64,000 bases of DNA from Deltaproteobacteria bacterium. Its GTDB lineage: Bacteria; Myxococcota_A; Polyangia; Polyangiales; Houyiibacteriaceae. Shown here piece by piece: positions 28,141-37,088 of this stretch; positions within the stretch are counted from its first letter, which is position 1, and every line of letters begins with the position of its first letter. The stretch spans positions 31,116-95,115 of the forward strand of contig JAXMNT010000029.1 of the NCBI GenBank assembly GCA_034670305.1, given 5' to 3'. The translations under genes were made by a program, and so were the position numbers. The notes below the pieces were generated by a model. It was given only the letters and a program-made list of their open reading frames with translations. It was not told the DNA's origin and did not search any database.

Positions 28141-28170
28141 AAAAGCCTCGAGGTCCAAGACCTCGAGGCT
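28141..28170 (-). terminator. Rho-independent terminator of rpmF-ykgO
   Basis: Perfect 12-bp stem agcctcgaggtc/gacctcgaggct with 3-nt loop, followed by a short T run on the minus strand. Confidence 0.75.
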
Positions 28171-28192
28171 CATCAGAAACGCGGGCCGAGGC

Positions 28193-28333
28193 CTAGCGCT
28201 TTTTGGCGGAACCCTGGCGCGCCTTGAAGCGCGGGTTCGACTTGCAGATGACGTAGACGCGGCCACGGCGACGCACGATGCGGCAGTCCGGGTGACGCTT
28301 CTTGGCGCTCTTGAGCGAGTTGACGACCTTCAC
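28193..28333 (-). CDS. ykgO: 50S ribosomal protein L36, type B (zinc-independent paralog)
   Basis: Missed by the ORF track; translates [50 protein letters not shown] overlap with the rpmF stop. Confidence 0.95.
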   Translation of the reverse strand: MKVVNSLKSAKKRHPDCRIVRRRGRVYVICKSNPRFKARQGSAKKR

Positions 28334-28521
28334 AGTTCCACTCCAAGCTTCTCGAGCTCGCGCTCGGTGAGGTAGGGCAAGGCTTTTGCCATGCGACGGG
28401 GAACGACGACGGTCTGTCCGTTGAACTGGACTTCGACGAGCTCCGGCGCGCTCACCTTGTCGTGGTTTGCACGTCGCTGATCACGCTTCATGCGCGACAT
28501 TCTTCGCTTCGGAACGGCCAT
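28330..28521 (-). CDS. rpmF: 50S ribosomal protein L32, Cys-free form
   Basis: [19 protein letters not shown]-terminus; no Cys residues. Confidence 0.92.
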   Translation of the reverse strand: MAVPKRRMSRMKRDQRRANHDKVSAPELVEVQFNGQTVVVPRRMAKALPYLTERELEKLGVEL

Positions 28522-28574
28522 GATGATTCTCGGGGTAAGAGGTCCGCAGCCCGATAGGGGTCACGGGGCCGGCG

Positions 28575-28603
28575 TACATACGGTGTCCGGGGGGAGGTTG
28601 CAA
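28575..28603 (-). promoter_or_regulatory. Putative sigma70 promoter of rpmF-ykgO
   Basis: TTGCAA-N17-TATGTA on the minus strand, about 55 nt upstream of the rpmF ATG. Confidence 0.55.
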
Positions 28604-28661
28604 GCAGGGAAGTGATCAGCCGCGACGCGCCCCGAACTGAACGAGTGTTCGGATGGGATGG

Positions 28662-28690
28662 GCGAAGCGAGCCAGGCCCGTATCGGCAGT
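28662..28690 (+). repeat. Copy of REP-like dispersed repeat
   Basis: gcgaagcgagccaggcccgtatcggcagt, immediately after the ferredoxin stop. Confidence 0.7.
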
Positions 28691-28693
28691 AAA

Positions 28694-28990
28694 CTAAGAG
28701 TCGCAGACTCGGAGGACGACGCGCTCGGTCGAGTCCTTGAGCACGAGCTGGCAGCAGAGCCGCACGTGATCGTCGTCGCCGAAGATCTCGAGCACGTCGA
28801 GTTCGTCATCGGTCGGGGGGATGAGTGCACTGGCTCCCTCGATCACCTCGACCCGGCAGGTGCCGCAGGAGGCCGCCCGGCAGGAGAACGGCACATCGCT
28901 CTCAGGATACTCGTCGGTCACATCCACCAGCCGGGTCCCGGTGCGGATTTCGGTCTCGAACCCGCTTGGCTCGAACTTCAGCAAAGTCAT
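28694..28990 (-). CDS. 2Fe-2S ferredoxin
   Basis: FSCRAASCGTC and RLCCQ; start ATG 28990. Confidence 0.92.
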   Translation of the reverse strand: MTLLKFEPSGFETEIRTGTRLVDVTDEYPESDVPFSCRAASCGTCRVEVIEGASALIPPTDDELDVLEIFGDDDHVRLCCQLVLKDSTERVVLRVCDS

Positions 28991-29228
28991 GCGCGGCCGT
29001 GTAGCACAACTGCGGCGGCGTCGCCTTCGCCAACCCGGCTGAGCTTGGCCGGGTGCTCGTGCGGAGGCGCACAGGACGCGACGACGGTCCAACCATCGAG
29101 GTCACGGCGGGAACGGCGTCTTTCCGCGGGGTTGGGGATCTCGCGGGCACTTCCCAAGCGGGCGCCCAGGCCCCGAGTGCCCGGCGCTGCTGGCGAGTGA
29201 GCATGGTTCGCGTCATCGTCGTGACCCG

Positions 29229-31421
29229 ATGGGTGGGGTGGACACGGAGGGGCGACTGGACCCGTCGCTGACGCGGCTCTTGGGCGATGCGTCCATCGAT
29301 CCCCAAGCGACGCGTTTCTTCCAAGGCGCGCGCCTCGTGCTGGCGACGAACGACCCGCTGCGGGCCGATGCGATCGCCGGCCAGCTGCGGGCCCATGGCG
29401 CGTACGTTGGGCTCTGCGATGCGGAGGGCCATGGCATCGAGCGGCTCACGTTCCTCGATCCACACGTCGTGCTCTGCGATGCGCGGCCGGCCGATGGCCA
29501 AGTGCTGGAAGCAAGAACCGCAGTGCTCGAAGCGAAGCTTCGACAGAACCCGCGGCTGGCTGGCGCCCGCATCGCCGAAGTGCGGTGGAGTACGATCTGG
29601 CCGCTGGGGACGACGCCTCGACTGGTGAGTCTGGGACGGCTCGTGCATCCGCACACCGCGGCCGATCGCGAGATCCGATCGCTCGCCACGCGGGGCAAGA
29701 AGTTCGGCACGCCGATCGAGAGCCTGGGGGTGCCGCGGCTTCTGCGCGCGCTCGAAGACACCACCGACCGAGTGATCCGAGTGGAGCTCGAGTCCGCCGG
29801 TCACCTCGCGGTGGTCGAACTGTGCGGCGCCTTGGTGGTGCACGCGACGTTCCGGATGGACGGCGAGATCGTGCCACGCTACTCGGGGCGCCGAGCGCTC
29901 GCGGCCGCAGTGCAGATGCGCACCGGTCGAGCGCGCGTCGATTCCCGCGCGCTCGCGCGGGCGCTGACGATCATGGAGCCGGTGTCGCGGGCGCTCGACG
30001 GGGCGGAACATGGTCCGCACCTGCAGGCGGTGGAGATCTTCGACGCCATTCCGGAAGCGAAGACCGAAGAACACGATCTCGGAGTACTCGCCGCGAAGAT
30101 GGCGCAGGCCCAGTCGATCTCGGGGTTCGAAATCGACCTCCCGGATGCCACCTCGCCCGATGCGCTCGCGGATCCCGACCCCGACCACACGACCCAGAAA
30201 CGCGCGGCCGTCGACACCGGATTTCCGGACGCGCCCCCGTACTTCGAGGACCCGTTCCGCACGGTGAGTGGGCGGCCGGCGCCGCGGTTGCGGCCCCTGC
30301 CGCCGCCGCCGGTGGCGCCTGCAGTCGCGCGCGTTTCGATGCCACCGCCTCCTCCGGTCGGGCACGTGCGGTCGTCGTGGTCGCCGCCCAGACCGAGTCG
30401 GTCGCCGGTTCTTGCGGACCCTGCGAAGTCCCCCGCGCCGCCCGCCGCAGCGGTTGCGCCGGCGTCCGTTCCGGCGCGCCCGCCGGCCGCTCTGTCGGCG
30501 ACGACTCCGAGTCCGCGCTCGATCGCGCCTGCGTCGGTCCCGTTGCCGTCGGTGGCGCCGCCGCCGAAGTACGCGCTGGGCCCCGACGAAGCCGGTGCCC
30601 ACACCGCGCCGCATCTGAAGGCGCGTGGGTCGCGCTCGTGGATCTCGGTGCCGATGATCGCTGCGGCGGTGGGCATGGCGGCGGTGGTCGGGTTGAGTTC
30701 GATGACGATCGATGGACCGGCGGTGGTGGAGGCCGGCGTGTCGGTGGAGGACGTCGCTGTGGCGAACGGGGCGGCGAGTTCGGTGGTTGGAGAGACGGCT
30801 GGGGAGTCGACGCATGTGGCGGTGGCCGTGGGCGTTGCCGAAGGCGATGCCGTTGCCGAAGCCGAAGCCGAAGCCGACGCCGAAGCCGACGCCGAAGCCG
30901 ACGCCGTAGGCGACGCCGATGCCGAAGCCGAAGCCGAAGCCGCTGCCGAAGCCGTAGCCGACGCCGAAGCCGACGCCGACGCCGATGCCGACGCTGACGC
31001 CGTAGCCGATTCCGATTCCGATTCCGATTCCGATTCCGCTTCCGCTACCGCTTCCGCTACCGCTACCGCTACCGCTACCGCTACCGCTTCCGATTCCGAA
31101 ACCGCTTCTTCCGCTACCGCTTCCGCTGTCGAGCGGTTCTTGCCGGGGGAGTTTGGGCGGGAGAGGGATCGGGAGGCGTCGGATCGCATTCTCCGGTCGG
31201 CGGAGGGGCTCGAGGGGGAGGCGCGGATCGCGCGGCTGCACGAGGCGGTTCGGGCGTCGGTGGCGAACCCGCACCCGGCGTACGCGCTCGCGATCGAGTT
31301 GCGGGACCGGGGCGAGATGCGCGGGGCGTTGGCGTGGGCGCGGCAGGCGTTGCGGCTGAGGCGCAACCGCAGCCGGTACCGCACGCTGGTCGAACAACTC
31401 GAGTCGCGCGAGTCGCGCTAG
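29229..31421 (+). CDS. Membrane-spanning protein: degenerate REC-like + DUF4388-like + Pro-rich linker + TM + low-complexity stalk + TPR-like C-terminus
   Basis: RLVLATND/PHVVLCD; IESLGVPRLLRAL...VVHATF; TM MIAAAVGMAAVVGL; AYALAIEL...ALAWARQALRL. Confidence 0.65.
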   Translation: MGGVDTEGRLDPSLTRLLGDASIDPQATRFFQGARLVLATNDPLRADAIAGQLRAHGAYVGLCDAEGHGIERLTFLDPHVVLCDARPADGQVLEARTAVLEAKLRQNPRLAGARIAEVRWSTIWPLGTTPRLVSLGRLVHPHTAADREIRSLATRGKKFGTPIESLGVPRLLRALEDTTDRVIRVELESAGHLAVVELCGALVVHATFRMDGEIVPRYSGRRALAAAVQMRTGRARVDSRALARALTIMEPVSRALDGAEHGPHLQAVEIFDAIPEAKTEEHDLGVLAAKMAQAQSISGFEIDLPDATSPDALADPDPDHTTQKRAAVDTGFPDAPPYFEDPFRTVSGRPAPRLRPLPPPPVAPAVARVSMPPPPPVGHVRSSWSPPRPSRSPVLADPAKSPAPPAAAVAPASVPARPPAALSATTPSPRSIAPASVPLPSVAPPPKYALGPDEAGAHTAPHLKARGSRSWISVPMIAAAVGMAAVVGLSSMTIDGPAVVEAGVSVEDVAVANGAASSVVGETAGESTHVAVAVGVAEGDAVAEAEAEADAEADAEADAVGDADAEAEAEAAAEAVADAEADADADADADAVADSDSDSDSDSASATASATATATATATASDSETASSATASAVERFLPGEFGRERDREASDRILRSAEGLEGEARIARLHEAVRASVANPHPAYALAIELRDRGEMRGALAWARQALRLRRNRSRYRTLVEQLESRESR
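30840..31128 (+). repeat. In-frame hexamer tandem repeats (GCCGAA/GCCGAC/TCCGAT/GCTACC) encoding an AE/AD/SD/AT stalk
   Basis: Directly visible tandem hexamers. Confidence 0.9.
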
Positions 31422-31428
31422 GGCGCAG

Positions 31429-32862
31429 TCACTCGGACTCGAGGGCCTTGCGACGCAGACGTTCGTACTCGAACCGGAGCCCGTCGATCTGTGCTTGGAG
31501 CTGTTCGCGTTCGAGCAGGAGGCGGCGGAGCAGCACGCGCCGGCTTCGAAACAGCGTGCGCAACATGATGCGGTGGCCGTAGCGCCCGAGTCGCTGGCGG
31601 TAGCGCATGAACCACACCCCGCTCAGCGGCAGGCTCACGACGTAGAGCGCCAGGCCGATGGGCGTGGCACCGGCGCCCCACACGCCCGAACTGTGAAAGA
31701 GGTACGCGAGCGTGAAGAAGAGGGCGCCTCCGGTCACGGCGCGCACGCTGCGGATCGCTTCCTCGGGTGCCCGCAGCGCGAACCGGCGCGTGAGTCGGTA
31801 GGGCACGAAGTTGTGGAACAGACCCCACAGCGCGATGGGGGCCAGCGCGATCGCGTAGGTGGTCGCTTTCGCCGCTTCCCAGCGCGCGGAGACCTTGCGC
31901 GCCGCGCTCTCCTCGAAGCCGTGCCGCAATCGGAGCTGTCGAAGGTGGGCTTCGTACCGCTCGAGGTTGCGCGTGAGCCGCGCGAGCTCCTCGGGTTTGG
32001 TTCGTTCGTAGTGGTCGATCGCATCGGCGATCCACTGGCGGACCTGGCGCCGTCCTTCGAGGTCGCCCCGTTCGGTCCCGCGTCCGCTCACCCGCTGAAG
32101 GAACTTCTCGTCCAACGTGCGCAGGTCGATCGAACCGACGAGCTCCGCCTGCAGTTGATCCCCGACGAGCGCGTCGATCGCATGCAGCAGCACGGTGTGT
32201 TCTTCCCGGTGCACGTGGATCGCCTGCGCGCGCATCGCGTGCTGCAGGTCGTCCGTCATCGTGCGCGCGGCCGCCCGCGGATCGGCTTCGAACCGTTCGC
32301 GGTAGTCGACGGCTCGAATCGGTGGCCCGAACCGGATGAGCACGCGGGCGAGGAACTGGTCGCGTTCTTCGTAGTTCAGTCCGATGGGGATCACCTTCAC
32401 GTCGAGCGACCAACCGTTCGCGGCTTCGGCGCCGAGGGCGATCCGCGCCACGCCGGTCTTGATGTCGCGGACGTGGCGTTCGGGCGCGTTCTGTCCTTCG
32501 GGGAAGATGCCGATCACGCCGCCGTCCGTGAGCACATCGAACGCGGCGCGGAACGCATCGTCGTTGCCTCCGGGCTTCGTGGGTGGGCCGTCCTGCCGCC
32601 GGAAGATCGGAATGGCGCCGGCGGCTTTCATCAACCGGCCCATCACGCCGCGGAAGAGTCCGCTGCGGGCGAGAAAGCCGATCGGTCGCCGGACCTGCGA
32701 CCCGAGCACCATGGCATCGAGCACGGAGTTCGGGTGGTTGCTGGCGAGCAGGAGCGGCCCTTCGCTGGTCAGGTGCGCTTCGCCCTCGACCTGGAGGTCG
32801 AGGAAGTAGAACTCGACGCCGCGCCGGAAGATCCGACGGGACATCGTGTACAGCCAAGGCAC
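31429..32862 (-). CDS. PlsC-family glycerolipid acyltransferase with C-terminal TM extension
   Basis: NHPNSVLD (HX4D), FLAR, IFPEG, KTGVAR. Confidence 0.9.
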   Translation of the reverse strand: MPWLYTMSRRIFRRGVEFYFLDLQVEGEAHLTSEGPLLLASNHPNSVLDAMVLGSQVRRPIGFLARSGLFRGVMGRLMKAAGAIPIFRRQDGPPTKPGGNDDAFRAAFDVLTDGGVIGIFPEGQNAPERHVRDIKTGVARIALGAEAANGWSLDVKVIPIGLNYEERDQFLARVLIRFGPPIRAVDYRERFEADPRAAARTMTDDLQHAMRAQAIHVHREEHTVLLHAIDALVGDQLQAELVGSIDLRTLDEKFLQRVSGRGTERGDLEGRRQVRQWIADAIDHYERTKPEELARLTRNLERYEAHLRQLRLRHGFEESAARKVSARWEAAKATTYAIALAPIALWGLFHNFVPYRLTRRFALRAPEEAIRSVRAVTGGALFFTLAYLFHSSGVWGAGATPIGLALYVVSLPLSGVWFMRYRQRLGRYGHRIMLRTLFRSRRVLLRRLLLEREQLQAQIDGLRFEYERLRRKALESE

Positions 32863-32917
32863 GTCCGCGTTCTCTCACCCGACACCACGCCCGGCAAGTT
32901 GAAGGCACACACGCGGT

Positions 32918-32940
32918 CGAAGCGACCCAGGCCCGTGACG
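32918..32940 (+). repeat. Degenerate copy of REP-like dispersed repeat
   Basis: cgaagcgacccaggcccgtgacg. Confidence 0.5.
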
Positions 32941-32969
32941 AGGCGAAAGATCCCTGCTACGGGCGCGCC

Positions 32970-33998
32970 ATGAGCGACCTTCTCTCGGTGGGGCCGGCGG
33001 GCCCGACGTACTACGGACAGACCCTCGAGCAGCATCTGCTGGACCGTCAGCGGCGCGCGACGAACGCGACCGGCGACTTCACCGGACTCTTCCAGCAGCT
33101 CTCGCTCGCGGCGAAGATCATCAGCAGCCAGGTGAGCCGAGCCGGTCTCGCGAACATTCTCGGTCTCACCGGCGACGTGAACGTCCAGGGAGAAGAAGTT
33201 CAGAAGCTCGACATCTTCGCGAACAACACGATCGTCCGTTGCGTGCAGCAGGGCGGACACGTGTGCGTGATGGGCAGCGAAGAAGTCGAAGATCCGATCA
33301 TGATCCCGCCGCAATATCCGAAGGGGAAGTACGTGCTGCAGTTCGACCCGCTCGACGGGTCCGGCAACATCGACATCAACGCGTCGATCGGCACCATCTT
33401 CAGCGTGCACCGCCGCGTGACGCCCGGCACCGGACCCGGTGGATTGAAAGACTGTCTGCAGCCCGGCACCGACATCGTGGCCGCCGGCTACGTCATCTAC
33501 GGGTCGTCCAACATGTTCGTGTACTCGACCGGTGACGGCGTGCACGGGTTCACGCTCGACCCGGCGATCGGCGAGTTCTTCCTCTCGCACGAGAACATCC
33601 AGATCCCGAAACACGGGGACACCTACTCGATCAACGAGGGCAACTACCACAAGTGGTCGCCCGCGATGCAGGGCTGGGTCGACGCGATCAAGACGCCGAC
33701 CGAAGCGCGCAAGGCGTACCGGCTCCGGTACATCGGCGCGATGGTCGCGGACTTCCACCGGACCCTGCTCTGCGGGGGCATCTTCTGTTACCCGGGCGAC
33801 GCCAAGAACCCGAACGGCAAACTGCGCCTCCTCTACGAGGCGTCCCCACTCGCGTTTGTGGTGGAAGCGGCCGGCGGGCGCGCCAGCCACGGCAGCGGGC
33901 GCATCGTCGAGATCCAGCCGACCGAGTTGCACCAGCGAACGCCGCTGTACATCGGCAGCCCGGAAGACGTCGAAAGCGTCGAACGCGCGCTCTGTTAA
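32970..33998 (+). CDS. fbp: Fructose-1,6-bisphosphatase class I
   Basis: [45 protein letters not shown]; start ATG 32970. Confidence 0.97.
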   Translation: MSDLLSVGPAGPTYYGQTLEQHLLDRQRRATNATGDFTGLFQQLSLAAKIISSQVSRAGLANILGLTGDVNVQGEEVQKLDIFANNTIVRCVQQGGHVCVMGSEEVEDPIMIPPQYPKGKYVLQFDPLDGSGNIDINASIGTIFSVHRRVTPGTGPGGLKDCLQPGTDIVAAGYVIYGSSNMFVYSTGDGVHGFTLDPAIGEFFLSHENIQIPKHGDTYSINEGNYHKWSPAMQGWVDAIKTPTEARKAYRLRYIGAMVADFHRTLLCGGIFCYPGDAKNPNGKLRLLYEASPLAFVVEAAGGRASHGSGRIVEIQPTELHQRTPLYIGSPEDVESVERALC

Positions 33999-34040
33999 CT
34001 GGCACTACGGACCTGGCTCGCTTCGCGAGACTGGCGGCCC
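33999..34040 (-). repeat. Long copy of REP-like dispersed repeat
   Basis: Reverse complement matches 49906-49946 at 36 of 41 positions; directly follows the fbp stop. Confidence 0.8.
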
Positions 34041-34101
34041 GCGGCGTGTTCGGCGGTCGCTCGTTTTTTGACCGGTGAGATCGGTGCCGGTACCCGTGGG
34101 T

Positions 34102-35151
34102 ATGGACGCGCCCCAGTCGAAGCCACCGAAGTCTCGTCTCCGCTGGATCCAACTGCGGTGGATCAAGCGGGGCGTCACCCTCGCGTTGCTCTCGGTGGTC
34201 GCGGTGGTGATCGGCCAGCAGGAAGGCATCGCCTCGTTGCCCGCGCGCGCCGCGTCTGCGGATCTTGGTTGGCTCGGTCTGGCGCTCCTCCTCCCGCTCG
34301 TGGCGGTCTTCGCGAGCGTGCGCCGGTGGCAGCTCCTGAACGATGCGGAGGCGCGCGTCTCGGGGCATCGGCAGCTTGGGTTCCGCGCTCTGCTCGGTTC
34401 GTTTCTGCGGGGACGTTTCGTCGGGGTGTTCACGCCGTCCACGGTTGGGCTCGATCTCTACCGGCTGGTGGACGTCGCGAAGCGGACCGGCGACCGCGCC
34501 GCCAGCGCACGGGTGATCGTCGCCGAGAAGTTGTATGGCCTCGTGGCGCTCTCGCTGGTGACGTTGGTGCTCTTGCCGTTCGGCATTCACCGCTTCTTCG
34601 GCACCGGCGGCGTCGTCGTTGCAGCCGGGCTCGGCGTCGGTTCGTTGCTCGGTCTGATCGTGCTCGCGCGTCCCACCATGCTCCTGCGTTTCGCGCCGGC
34701 GGTGGTGCGGCCACGGGCGACGAAGTGGTGCAGCGCGTTGCGTTCGGCGCCGGCATCCCCCGCACTCGCGGTGCGGTTGCTCGGCCTCGGCGTCGTGAGC
34801 CATGCCGCGTCGAGCGCCGTCTTCGTGGGTACCGGACTCGCGCTCGGCGTGTCGACGCCGATGGAGCTCTTGATGGTGGGCAACGCGATCGTGATCGCGA
34901 CGCTCGTGCCGATCAGCGTGGGTGGGGTCGGGGTGCGTGAAGGCACTGCGGTCGCCTTGCTGGCGGTGGTCGGCGTACCAGCCGTGGACGCCACCTTGCT
35001 CGCCCTGATGGGCTACCTCGCGATTCAGCCGGCTGCGTTGCTCGGCGGCTTGACCATGCTGCGTGCCCGAGTCTCCGAGCAGCCGACGGGCCGACCATCC
35101 CAGGATGCGGCGTTCGTCACCTCCGGCGGAACGTTGGTGGCTCCGCTGTGA
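34102..35151 (+). CDS. Lysylphosphatidylglycerol-synthase TM / flippase-like (UPF0104) membrane protein
   Basis: RRWQLL, PSTVGLDLYR, AEKLYGL, PISVGGVGVREG. Confidence 0.85.
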   Translation: MDAPQSKPPKSRLRWIQLRWIKRGVTLALLSVVAVVIGQQEGIASLPARAASADLGWLGLALLLPLVAVFASVRRWQLLNDAEARVSGHRQLGFRALLGSFLRGRFVGVFTPSTVGLDLYRLVDVAKRTGDRAASARVIVAEKLYGLVALSLVTLVLLPFGIHRFFGTGGVVVAAGLGVGSLLGLIVLARPTMLLRFAPAVVRPRATKWCSALRSAPASPALAVRLLGLGVVSHAASSAVFVGTGLALGVSTPMELLMVGNAIVIATLVPISVGGVGVREGTAVALLAVVGVPAVDATLLALMGYLAIQPAALLGGLTMLRARVSEQPTGRPSQDAAFVTSGGTLVAPL

Positions 35152-37030
35152 GGTCCGCGAGGATCTGAACCGTCTCCCCCGCGCCGACTTCGATCGGGAT
35201 GCGGAGCGTGCGGCCGAGCGGGTCGTTGGCGAGCACGAGTGTGTGGGCACCCGCGGGGGTCGACACCCGGCGCTGCGGCGTGTTGCCGAGGGCCCGTCCG
35301 TCGAGTCGCACCGCGGCCCATGGGGTCGCGTTGACGCTCACGTAGCCCCGCCCCGACGGTGCCCGCACCTCCATCGTGGCCATGTTCGCCATGCTGGCCA
35401 TGCCCGCGGCTTGCATGGTCTCCGTCTGGGCGGTTTCCATCGTGGGCACCGCCTCCATGGTCTCCATGGTCTCCATGGTCGTCGCGGGCACCATGGTCGC
35501 GACGCGCTCTGTCTCGCCCATCTGGGTCTGCGACATGCCCTCCGCCCGGCGTGGCTCGACGACGGTCGGCTCGGGGTCGGGCGCGCCGAATCCGAAGGCC
35601 CAGATCCCGCCCGAGACCACAACCACCGCTCCAAGAATCCACGGCGCCGCCGCGCCCGTCCGACGTTGGGCACGGGGTGCTTCGGACATCGCGTGCATTT
35701 CCGCCGCAGCGACTTCGGTCGCTGCGGCGTCGGCGGTCGCCGGGTCTTCGGTCGCGGCTTCAGGCGTCGATGCGGCCGCAGGTTTCGGGCCGGTGATCGG
35801 CTGGGTGCGCGGCGCGTCGCTGTCGCGGTCGCGGTCGTGCGCGGCCTTCGATTTCGACTTCGGACCCGACTTCGGACCCGACTTCGGACCGGTCACCGAT
35901 TGGGTTGGAGGCGCTTCGCTGATCGGCGCGGACTTTGGCCCGGTCACCGATTGGGTCGGGGGCGCATCGCTGACCGGATGGGACCCGGAGTCGTCCCGGC
36001 CGCTTCGTCCCGGCATGCGCTCGGTGAAGCTCGGGCCGTCCTCGGCCTCGTCCTCGTCCTCGTCGAGCGCGTCCCGAAGCACGCTCGACGTCGCGATGGT
36101 CCGAACCTCCCCGGCCTTCTTGCTCGTCACCGTCACCGCGCCGCCGCCGTCGCTCCGTACGGTGGCGGCAGCGCGCCGGGCGCGGTCGCCGAGCTCCGGT
36201 CCGACCCCCTCGGGGGAGAACGCGGACGACCACGAGCGCAGTCGCCGCGCCGCGTCCTCGCTCGTAGGGCGGGCATCGGCCGCACGCGCGAGCAAGCTGC
36301 GCAGCAGCGGTGCGAGGTCTCCAGCGAGCTCTTCCGTCACCTCCGGCGGGTCCTCCTCGAGCAGCTGGGTGCGCATCGTGTCGGCGTCGCGCGCGTACAC
36401 CGGCTGGCCAGTCAGACACTGCAGGAGCACCACCCCGAGGGAGAAGAGATCCGAGGCCGGACCGATCGCGCCGCCGCAGAGTTGTTCGGGCGACATGTAG
36501 CCGGGCGATCCGAAGACCTCCCCGTCGGCGCCTTCGGCCGGTGCCGCGATGCCGAAGTCGACCAAGCGCACGTGACCTGCGGCGTCCACGAGCACGTTTC
36601 TCGGGGTGACGTCTCGGTGCACCAGCCCGAACCGGCTGTGCGCGTGGTGCAGCGCTTCGGCCACCTGGGCGCCGACGCGGGCGGTCAGTCCGAGCGGGAT
36701 GGGACCGAGGGTCAACATCTGGGAGAGAGACGCTCCGTCCACCCGCTCCATCGCCAGGAAGTACACCCCATCGACGACCCCGAGTTCGTAGACCGGGACG
36801 ATGTGCGGGTGGCTGAGCTGAACCAGCGTGTTCGCTTCTTGGACGAACATCTCGACGAACTTCGGGTCTTTCGCCAGCTCGGGTTTGACCTGTTTCACCA
36901 CGAGCGGTTTCTCGAACCCACCCACACCGCGCAGGCGCGCATGAAAGACACGCGCCATGCCGCCTTCGGCGATCATCTCGTCGAGCAGGTAGTTGCCGAA
37001 CGGGGTCGGCCCGCGGGCGGGAGATTTCAC
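35117..37030 (-). CDS. Membrane-anchored Ser/Thr protein kinase with C-terminal PEGA-like domain
   Basis: IAEGGMARV, VVK, HRDVTPRN, DFG, GYMSPEQ; TM; VNATPWAAVRLDG...GNTP. Confidence 0.93.
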   Translation of the reverse strand: MKSPARGPTPFGNYLLDEMIAEGGMARVFHARLRGVGGFEKPLVVKQVKPELAKDPKFVEMFVQEANTLVQLSHPHIVPVYELGVVDGVYFLAMERVDGASLSQMLTLGPIPLGLTARVGAQVAEALHHAHSRFGLVHRDVTPRNVLVDAAGHVRLVDFGIAAPAEGADGEVFGSPGYMSPEQLCGGAIGPASDLFSLGVVLLQCLTGQPVYARDADTMRTQLLEEDPPEVTEELAGDLAPLLRSLLARAADARPTSEDAARRLRSWSSAFSPEGVGPELGDRARRAAATVRSDGGGAVTVTSKKAGEVRTIATSSVLRDALDEDEDEAEDGPSFTERMPGRSGRDDSGSHPVSDAPPTQSVTGPKSAPISEAPPTQSVTGPKSGPKSGPKSKSKAAHDRDRDSDAPRTQPITGPKPAAASTPEAATEDPATADAAATEVAAAEMHAMSEAPRAQRRTGAAAPWILGAVVVVSGGIWAFGFGAPDPEPTVVEPRRAEGMSQTQMGETERVATMVPATTMETMETMEAVPTMETAQTETMQAAGMASMANMATMEVRAPSGRGYVSVNATPWAAVRLDGRALGNTPQRRVSTPAGAHTLVLANDPLGRTLRIPIEVGAGETVQILADLTAEPPTFRRR

Positions 37031-37088
37031 TGTCCTACAGTGTGCCGCGGAACGAGGGCGGAGGGGAAACCTGCTTCCAGGCTGGCCC

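Noticed and set aside
28225-28250. GGTTCGA T-loop-like motif suggesting a tRNA
   Set aside because: Lies inside the L36B coding sequence; no cloverleaf.
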